NCBI GenBank assembly: GCA_951406725.2
Contig: OX597835.1
Coordinates: 5,890,001-5,954,000, forward strand
DNA from: Octopus vulgaris
Taxonomy: Eukaryota
Direction of reading: 5' to 3'
Length of the DNA stretch: 64,000 bases
Of this stretch, positions 53,407 to 64,000 are shown piece after piece. How positions within the stretch are numbered: position 1 is the stretch's first letter; every line of letters begins with the position of its first letter. The translations under genes were made by a program, and so were the position numbers. The notes under the pieces were generated by a model. The model was not told the DNA's origin. It made no database searches and saw nothing but the letters and a program-made list of their open reading frames with translations.

Positions 53407-54929
53407 AATATGTGAGTGCGTGTGTATAGTTCAGACTGTATTTGTCTGATGACTCAATTTGATGTAGTGTATAAAAACTAACCAGATTACGTCGTCGAAG
53501 AGTCATCTGGACCACCTGAGCCATTTATGAAAAACCAATATTGTTTATATTCACTTTTCTTCCAATTCTTGAAGTATCAAAGTTTACACTGTATTAGTTC
53601 TTAATTAGTATTGGCTTTCCTTATTTTTGTTCTGCAATAATGTTTATAGCGTCAATTTGGCATAATTTAATTTTAGCAGTGAACGGCATTTCTATATATC
53701 GAAAAACGAAAAAAGGCAAAGGCTATACAAATTAAATAAGTACGACAGTTATAATAAAACTAATGAATTCATAAACAAAGATAATAATTCAAACTAAATG
53801 ACTCGCATAGCCCATGCCAAAAGGTCAGTCAATAAGTGTACAGGAGACCTGAATATCCGTACGTTCAAAAACAAACAAAGAAAGTGAAATAAACACCGAT
53901 GCTTATAAAGTCTCGCCAGTTGCTAATATTAAACGGATTTGGTCAGACTGTATCAGAGACATATGTATAACTAGCAAGGTGAAGCGGCTGACCTCCCCTG
54001 TTCGAAGGTTGTAATGGACGCAGGTTCGTGTGTCATGTAGCTAGCTAGAGGCGGTGGCCTCTTGGAGCTAATCAGCGACAGCTTTAGTCTTATTTATAGA
54101 CAGCCATATTAGTATGGCGATAACTATTAATATCCAGTAGCGCTGCCGTAATCTCCTTTAGAGAGACTTAGTAATTTTAATATTTCTATTATTGAAAACA
54201 AGTGGATGTATTCCACTGTAACTAGGTAAATAAAATCTTCGAACAGCGGGGTGATTTGGAACGTAACACCTGACGAAGGACTACTGTATATTTATCACGA
54301 GTCTATATAAGATGTTCTCTCAAGGTAAATAACGCAGTATTCTGTGTTCTAACCCAACACCCATGTTACAGATAGAAATTACTGTTGCTATCAATACATG
54401 TATAGATATCTATATTTATACATGTGTGCGTGCATCCCTCACTCTCTCTCTCTTCATATATATATATATATATATATGTCTATATACATATACTCACACA
54501 TAAATTACAGTTATATATATATTTACACGTTACAAATATATATATTTTTACACATATGTGCACATTCATGTACACACATAAATTCATACATACATACATA
54601 CATTCATACATACATACATACATACATACATACATACATACATACATACATACATGTGCACATACATGCATCTTGCAGTGTAGAAACGAAAACCAAACCG
54701 AAATTTTTATGTTCTGTTGTGAAAAAGTCTGTGTATCTAGTATAAAAGAAATTCTTAAAAACTGGTTTAAAGCTGAATAGAAGTGATTAGGTGCATCAGA
54801 GCTGGTAGAAAAGATGGAGGAGCAGTGTTTCAAATGAGTAGAATAAACGGTGGAAGAGAGACGGAAAGTCGGTGGCAGTGAGTGAATCGGTAAGAAATGT
54901 AGAGTTGAAGTCCTAGGTAAACAGATTAC

Positions 54930-55024
<95 letters not shown>

Positions 55025-55031
55025 TATATAC

Positions 55032-55179
<148 letters not shown>

Positions 55180-55199
55180 ATATTATATATATATATATG

Positions 55200-55268
<69 letters not shown>

Positions 55269-55738
55269 GCATACAGAGAGTGAGTGAGGGAGAGAGAGAG
55301 GGAGAGAATTATGAATCGAAAACTCAATAAGTAAACAGATACGTGGCAAGGAAGCTAGAAGGATAGACAGATTGAAAGATATATATTTAGAAGAATATAT
55401 ATCTACGTCCCCCTCTCCCTCACTGTGCCTCTGCTTATCTATCTCACCCTCTCCTTCCTTCTCTGTTTCCCTCTCACCCTCTCTCTTTCTCTCTGTGCAT
55501 ATATCTGTGTGTGTGTGTGTGTATATATTTATATAAAATACCACACACATACATAATACATACATATATACATACATACATATATACATACATCGAACTC
55601 TCTCATGCACCAAATAGCAGTTGCTAGAAAGCCTCCATGAAGTGAAACCAAGTAGCAACACCAAATGGCGGTGCCCCAGCATGGCCACAGCTCATAAGCT
55701 GAAACTAGAATCAATCAATCAATCATATATACATACAT

Positions 55739-55985
55739 GTGGAGGCGCGTGGCTTAGTGGTTAGAGTGTCAGCATCATGATCGTAAGATTGGGGTTTTGA
55801 TTCCTGGACCGGGCGACGTGTTGTGTTCATGAGCAAAACATTTCATTTCACGTTGCTCCAGTTCACTCAGCTGGCAAAAATGAGTAACGCTGCGATGGAC
55901 TGGCGTCCCTTCCAGCCGGGGAACACATACGCCATTGAAACCTGGAAACCGGGCCCATCAGCCTGGCTAGGCTTGAAAAAGGTCG
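55739..55985 (+). mobile_element. SINE-C head with tail type 3
   Basis: gtggaggcgcgtggcttagtggttagag..ttgtgttcatgagcaaaaca.. then gcgatggactggcgtccc. Confidence 0.8.
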
Positions 55986-56549
55986 ACGAATACATTAACA
56001 GAGCAAATTTACACAGGTTACAAAGTCGTTTGTTTTCTGTAGTGAGAGCTCCATGCAGAGACCCTTAGGTAGAATTGGGGTATTTGCTGTAGATGTGCCC
56101 AAGAATTGTTTGTCTATGAGTGAGATCTATAGGTAACGCTTAGCCGAGAGATTCAGCAATGCTCGATGTAGAAAACACTTTGGAGTGCTCAAGTGTTTTG
56201 CTCTGTTAACATTTGAATATCTACATAATTATTCATGAATATACATCGCCTGAATATTTTGTCTTAACCTTCTCTCAATTTACATATATACATTTAAATA
56301 TATTTTCTATATCTAACCCGAGGAATTTATTTGTTTATCTGCATCATTTTCTCTGTCCCTCTCTTTCTTTCTCTGTATGTATACACACACATGGCAAAAG
56401 TAAATAGACACCCTTATAATCATTAAAATTCATTTAAATCTGAAATTATACATTCAAATCATTTATTGTTATAATGTGAATATTTAATATTTAGTAGACA
56501 TGACATAAAATAATCCGTACACAAGTTTTAGCTTGAGTGTATGTGCGCA

Positions 56550-57020
56550 CACAGAAGTGCTGGCCTGGATCAAGAGAGTGGATACTGGAACTCACTAGGT
56601 CTGGCAACAGGACTTTGCACCATACCACATAAGCAGGAGAACACAGTCATGGCTCTCAGGCAATGTCAGTGACCACATCACCCCTAACATCGGGCCACCT
56701 AACTCCCCAGACGGCAACGGAGGCAGTTAAGCGAGAGACCCAAAAACCTCCTTGTAGCACCAAAGATGAACTAAAGGCAACGATTATGGCAGCATTCACC
56801 AACTTAAACAAGGAGATCGTCCAGAAGAATTGGAGGAGATTCAGAAATTTTCTGGAGGCCATGGTTGAAGCCATTGTCAAGTTTATCGAATAATTTTCTT
56901 TAGTATTTCGAGGTATTTAACGTAAATTTGGTAAATATATCTGTTAAAATCAGATGTCAGTGTTGGTTTCTTTTTGCGGAATATAATGCGGCATATAGAC
57001 GACAGTTTATTCACCGCAAC

Positions 57021-57022
<2 letters not shown>
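56550..57022 (+). mobile_element. DD37D/maT-like transposon 3' relic
   Basis: VWQQDFAPYH..TQSWL..GPPNSPD..ELKATIMAAF..RFRNFLEAMVEA..IE-stop; ends at (TA)n. Confidence 0.78.
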
Positions 57023-57087
<65 letters not shown>

Positions 57088-57238
57088 TAAACAGTAAAAT
57101 AATTACAGACATGGACAAGAACATGAAACGCCACAGAGACGACACAAGAACCACAGGACGGGACATTCGAAGCCCTCAGTCATCAGTCAAGAACCAGATC
57201 ATCTTAGCAATTTCGGCTGATTAATCTTGAGATTGCTC

Positions 57239-57291
<53 letters not shown>

Positions 57292-57296
<5 letters not shown>

Positions 57297-57566
57297 AAGG
57301 AATCCAGAGGTAGCATGTGGCGCAAGAGTAATTACGCAAGATTCCGTTAAGCAAGCATCTGCAGAGACGGAAAAATTTTAAATCTTTCCCATTTACAAAT
57401 GTTCACGGGATGACCCACAATACTAAAAAGCAATGGAGCTGCACTTTATTCAAAAAATTCTCTCCAAAATTGAATGCTTGAAAGAAAAGCGCAGAATATG
57501 CTCTTCTGATTCTAAATGTAGCTTTAAAATTGGGAAAATGATACCCATCTCTATGAAAATATTCAG

Positions 57567-57570
<4 letters not shown>
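57292..57570 (+). mobile_element. Penelope-like GIY-YIG C-terminal fragment between (TA)n tracts
   Basis: RKIPLSKHL..FPIYKCSRDDPQY*KAMELHFIQK..SPKLNA-stop; homologous to 41200-41290 on minus. Confidence 0.75.
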
Positions 57571-57622
<52 letters not shown>

Positions 57623-57624
<2 letters not shown>

Positions 57625-57885
57625 CAACAATTAAGGAACGGCCATAATATGCCATTCACCCACTAGAAATAACAGCCAAAGCTTCAACCGCAAATAAAAG
57701 TTAATTCTGTAAACCAGGAAAAATTTAAAAACATTTACCCTGTAATTTTTTTAAATTTTTAAATTTTCTCCTGGTTTTTTAAATTTTCTCCTGGTTTACA
57801 GAATTAATTTTTTATTTGCGGTTGAAGCTTTGGCTGTTATTTCTAGTGGGTGAATGGCCTATTATGGCGTTCCTTAATTGTTGTT
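57623..57885. repeat. Foldback with about 110-bp arms, flanked by (TA)n
   Basis: 57623-57731 versus 57776-57885 with few mismatches. Confidence 0.9.
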
Positions 57886-58423
57886 GTTGAACTTAAAAAT
57901 GGTCTATGACTATTTAATTTTTTTCCTACTAGGCCGCTGGTGGCAAAAGAATTCTACAAAATTTTTTTTTTGCCACCCTATATTGATATTATATATATAT
58001 ATATATATATAATATTGGGATATTCTAACTTTACGTATTTTTCTAATTTGTGAATATTGTTTGTTTAGGCAAAGCATGAAATTGAAAGAAACCTGGCTTT
58101 GTTTTTCAATACAAAACACGGAAGATACACAAAGTGCGAACGTTTGGGAAAACTCTCATGAGCTCCTTATCTTTTTTTCTGACACCTTAAGGAAAGAAAA
58201 GAAGAAACTACACTATTATTGTTGTTACATTTATAACCTGATACTCATCTCTGTAACATTGGGTTTTTATTTTTTTCTAATTTGTAAATATTGTGCTAAT
58301 GTTTGTTCATGCAAAAACATGAAATTAAAAGAAGCCTGACTTTATTTTTCAATGCAAAACATCGAAGTTACACTTTGTCGACATAAACATATTTCCAAAC
58401 ACTGAACTCTCAGGTATACATAT

Positions 58424-58470
<47 letters not shown>

Positions 58471-59070
58471 GTGCATATATATATATTTTATTTTTCATAG
58501 AACCTTTTATCTTCCTTCTGGCACCTTAACAAAAAGAAAAAAAAACAAAGATTCATTCAGTGATGACCGCATCACATCATTTTTTCATTATTCTCCCCAT
58601 CCGAAAACTGACATCTTGAAGAGGTCAACATCATTGAACTCATGTCAGCAGCTATAGAACGGTAACTAACTAAATAAATAAATGGTAAATGCATGCCAAA
58701 TGGAAAAACAATCCCTCCCCACTCTCTGTCTCTATCTATCTCTGTCTATCTACCTGTCTATCTATCTACATATCTATCTACATATCTATCTCCATTGTCT
58801 TGGAGTCTAACCCCAAAAACAAACAAAACAGCAATGTTCACTTCCAAACGAAACAAAAAGCACCCGATTTAACTAAATGAACAACCTATTTGCTCATTCA
58901 TAATTTTATTCGACTAGTTCGAGAACGAACGAGAGCGCTATTTATAATGAATGAATAATTTTTTTTCAAAATTCTGGCGACTTCCTTTTTATTCTCAAAA
59001 TAAAATATATGTACACCACTTCTAACACACACTCTCTCTCACTCTCTCTCTCGCTCTCTCTCTCTCTATC

Positions 59071-59171
<101 letters not shown>

Positions 59172-59194
59172 TTTTATTCTTAATCTTCAATTCT

Positions 59195-59593
59195 TTTATT
59201 TGTTTCAGTCGTTTGGTCTGCGGCCATGCTGGAGTACCGCCTTTTAATGGATGAAATTGACCCAAGAACTTATGCTTTGTAAGTGTGCTACTTATTCTAT
59301 CGGTCTCTTTTGCCGAACCACTAAATGACAAAGACATAAACACACCAAAATCTGTTGTAAAGCGACGGTAGGGGGCGCAAACACTGACACAAAGACACAC
59401 ACACACATAAGAATATATATACATATATGTATACGACAGGCTTCTTTCAGTTTCCGTCTACCAAACCCAATCACAAGGCATTGGTCGTCTCGAAACTATA
59501 GTAGAAGACATGCTCAAGTTGTCATGCAGTGGACTGAACACAGAACCATGTAGTTAGGAAGCAAGCTTCTAACCAGACAGCCACGCCTTCGCC
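59195..59593 (-). mobile_element. SINE-B, full length, diverged
   Basis: Both halves plus the internal microsatellite. Confidence 0.85.
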
Positions 59594-59683
<90 letters not shown>

Positions 59684-59749
59684 TTTATTTAAAGCAGCAG
59701 AAAATTCAACAAAACCTGTTACTCTGAGTTTCACGACAAAATATTCTAG

Positions 59750-59799
59750 CAAAAACTGTCCGACGAACGGGCACGTGAAACTCAGAGTAACAGATTTTG
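59750..59799 (+). ncRNA. Type I hammerhead, U4C family, third copy, inside a 53-bp foldback
   Basis: caaaaactgt-CCGACGA-acg ggca cgt-GAAA-ctc a gag-TA-acagattttg; arms 59683-59735 and 59774-59826 with one mismatch. Confidence 0.68.
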
Positions 59800-59896
59800 T
59801 TGAATTTTCTGCTGCTTTAAATAAAGCATATTACTCTACCACTGGTATTTGAGTACTCTTTTTTCCACCTTGTTTCATATTTATGTGTTTACTCCG

Positions 59897-59942
<46 letters not shown>

Positions 59943-60129
59943 CGAGATTGAACCAGGAACCATGTGGTGAGGAGGCACGCTTCTTACCACAGAGCCACAG
60001 CCTGTATTATATCTATCATGATTCAGTTTTGCTGAATTTTAGTCAATCTAAACAACCAATTTTGTGTGTTGTATTTCGCCCATTGTGTTTGTCTTGAATA
60101 TTTGGGCCGTCGTGGCTAATAAAAGAGGA

Positions 60130-60563
<434 letters not shown>

Positions 60564-61097
60564 TCGGTATACCAATAATGATAACAATTCTCTTCGTTGC
60601 CTGTTCTCAATGTACAATTATATATATATGGGCCTGAAACAAATAGAGTGACTTATTATTTTTTTTCGTGTATTTACCATCGTAGAGAATATGTTCTAGT
60701 TAATATGTCTGTGTGCACGGGTCCCAGGAGTGCTATATGCTGTATCAATATTCACAGTAATCAATAATACCAATAAAAAATGATTTGATCGCAGTGTAAG
60801 CACTTTCGTATATCAACACAGAAAACAAAATATTACTGAATTTGTTAAGGATTAATAAACATTGGCAGAGCTTCTGTCACAAATCAGGAAATTTACGAGA
60901 ACCAGGTCTCGACCATAAATAAGTCAATTTATCGGAAATTGATCGTTAAAATGCTATGACATATTACAATCAAATCATGTCTTCCTTTGTCAAACCATAA
61001 AACAGATACGCAGATGCAAACACACTCACACACATATGCATGTATGCATAGACACATATGTATGTATATATATATATACATATATGTACATACATAC

Positions 61098-61169
<72 letters not shown>

Positions 61170-61171
<2 letters not shown>

Positions 61172-61672
61172 TTTTACTCTTTCAGTTGTTTCGGTGATGT
61201 GGCTGTGGCAATGCTGGAGCACCGCATTTAGTCGAGCAAATCGACCCCAGGACTTATTCTTTGTAAGCCTTATATTTATTCTATCGGTCTCTTTTTCCGA
61301 ACCGCTAAGTTACGTGGACGTAAACACACCACCTTCGGTTGTCAAGCGATGTTGGTATGTTTACATCCCCGTAAACAGACACACATACATATATATATAC
61401 ATATATACGACGGGCTTCTTTCAGTTTCCCTCTACCAAATCCAATCACAAGGCTTTGGTCGGCCCGAGATTATAGTAGAAGACACTTGACCAATGTGCCA
61501 CGCAGTGGCACTGAACCCGGAACCACGCGGTTCAGGCGCAGGCGTATATATGTGGTAAGAAGCTTGCTTCCTAACCACATGATTTCGGATTCGGTACCAC
61601 TGCGCGGAACCTCAGGGCGACCAAAGCATAGTGAGTGGATTTGGTAGACGGAAACTGGAAGAAGCCCGTCGT
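61170..61672. mobile_element. Two SINE-B copies head to head (minus 61170-61533, plus 61534-61672)
   Basis: Orientation switch at about 61534 (..gaaccacgcggttc|aggcgcagg..). Confidence 0.8.
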
Positions 61673-62062
61673 ATTGGCTTCTGTACTTGCCCTTTTATAG
61701 TGTCCAGTTACATTTATGCAAACTTTCCCTCTATAGTTTGGCTCTTTGAGTTCTACGAAGTCGATTTTGCATTTATGACACGTGTTTTATGTTAACTATA
61801 ATGTGCATTGCAATATTAGAATTGCCTCTGTAATTCTATAGGATATTCCTATAAATTATGAATCTATTATCTTAATATTGTCCCATCAACATTTGTTTTA
61901 TGATACACAGCGTAGTGCGTTGCAATTGCCCTTTGTTTTAAATGCCCGGTGAGGCCACAGGCGGGGGTTATACATATCAGGTCAAGGATACTAGCAATTC
62001 TTCTAAATAGAGAGATAGCTGGCTAGAGATACCTACATCTGTAGCTAACTAAACAAGTAGGC

Positions 62063-62101
<39 letters not shown>

Positions 62102-62323
62102 AAATACACTTGGATGCATGCAGAGATGTGCAGGTGCAATATATGTATATTTAAAGGCACACACTTTCTAGATTACACATATATTCTTTGCAAATTATTG
62201 TCTTTGATGTATTATTGTTTCAAAATCTTCTGCCTTACCATCGCTCACTCTCTCTTGCCCTCCTTCTATACGTGTATGCTTGTATGTATTGATGTATGTA
62301 TGTAATGTATGTATAAATGTTTG

Positions 62324-62387
<64 letters not shown>

Positions 62388-62691
62388 CACAAATGTGCAA
62401 TTCAAACGGAAAGAATTAATATTATATCAACATTCTTTAGCAGTGCAAAGAAATTACAGAAAAATGTTCAAAAATTCTTGGAGCAGTGTCAGAGCTGGGG
62501 TTATTCCACTTTGGTGCGTCTTTCGTAAAATAATTGACATCTTTTAACACCCATGAAATTCAGATAACACATTCAGCTTCAGCGTTTCAAGAATTTTTAA
62601 ATGTTTATCTTCCGGCTTTTCTAGCTTTCTTTGCTGACGATTGTTTATACAACACAAAACCTTTCAGGCATATATCTGCTTATACGCGCGC

Positions 62692-62729
<38 letters not shown>

Positions 62730-62761
62730 ACACACACACGCATACACACGCACTTCTATGC

Positions 62762-62819
<58 letters not shown>

Positions 62820-62820
62820 T

Positions 62821-62890
<70 letters not shown>

Positions 62891-62928
62891 AAGATAGATA
62901 GACAGAGAGTGTGTATATATATATATGT

Positions 62929-62972
<44 letters not shown>

Positions 62973-63351
62973 CTCTTTTAAACTGGAGTCATGCTGGCGT
63001 ATCTCCTCCAAGAATTTTTGTCGAACGGATCGAAACCAATTTTTTAAAAATATTCTTTTAAAAACCTGTAGACCACGAGAACAGAAGCACATCAACATAG
63101 GATGTCAAGAGAGGGTGGGTATCTAATACAGACACAAAGACACAAACATACACAGACACACACAGACACACAGACACAAACACGCACATATATATACACG
63201 TGTATATATATATATATATTTATATATATACTACTAATATAGGATGAAGTTTTTTTACAGAAAAAAATTCCATCAAAAACTATGGCAGCATATTAAAATA
63301 CCTTTACGGTTAAAATTATAAACAACTCATAAATAAGGGCTGAAGAAAAAG

Positions 63352-63405
<54 letters not shown>

Positions 63406-63754
63406 CTTATAAACAAGGGCAATAGAAAATTATTTCTATGCCAATATGCTGATAACAGACTTTTAAATCGTCAATTTCCACATATCATTATATACCCACT
63501 ACAGAAATACGTTGTACTGAAATCGAGGAAAGCTACGCAACAGAATTTTTAAAACAAAAGTTCGTTAATTCTATATCGAATCAATTTCGGAATTAATAGG
63601 TATATAATATGTGGAAATCGTTAATTGTTTGGCACTATATGACGACCACAGCTGAGAGCAGTGGTCAAGACGACTGAGTATGTATGTATCTATGTATGTA
63701 TGAATGTCTGCAATCGTATACTGTTCATATACTTATATTATACTCTTGTACTCT

Positions 63755-63955
63755 TACTCTTTTACTTGTTTCAGTCATTTGACTGTGGCCATGCTGGAGC
63801 ACCGCCTTTAGTCGAGCAAATCGACCCCAGGACTTATCCTTTGTAAGCCTAGTACTTATTCTATCGGTCTCTTTTGCCGAACCGCTAAGTGACGGGGACG
63901 TAAAAACACCAGCATCGATTATCAAGTTATGTTGGGGGGGACAAACAGACACACA
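63755..63955 (-). mobile_element. SINE-B 3' half
   Basis: ttttacttgtttcagtcatttgactgtggccatgctggagcaccgcc. Confidence 0.88.

Positions 63956-64000
<45 letters not shown>

Noticed and set aside
53440-54345. Partial hammerhead traces (CTGATGA at about 53446, CTGACGA at about 54270; also about 29290-29340 on minus, 45170-45225 and 62633-62665)
   Set aside because: One half of the core is missing or mutated; probably decayed copies, so not counted.

Overview
AT-rich, microsatellite-saturated animal genomic DNA, most likely a coleoid cephalopod such as Octopus (inferred from SINE types and repeat landscape, not from a database search). The only intact protein-coding gene is an intronless D1-like (invertebrate Dop1/Dop1R1-type) dopamine receptor on the minus strand (ATG 10064 to stop 8847, 405 aa), inside a nearly transposon-free island of about 6 kb (about 7220-13250). 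The rest is repeats: three tRNA-derived SINE families (here called A, B, C), mariner and hAT MITEs, DD37D/maT transposase relics, Helitron/Helentron-type pieces, CR1, R4/Dong, Tx1 and RTE-like LINE fragments, and many Penelope-like fragments next to (TA)n tracts. The most striking signal, invisible in the ORF track, is about 12 type I hammerhead-ribozyme folds from several unrelated repeat families. They include all three Watson-Crick versions seen here of the 3-8 core pair (C-G, U-A, G-C), a recurrent U4C variant, an A6U variant and a U.U-closed stem II; one sits in a 232-bp non-coding element with a 13-bp target-site duplication. Folds were assigned by eye and cleavage is untested. Hammerheads in Penelope-like elements are already known, so any novelty lies in their density and variant spectrum.
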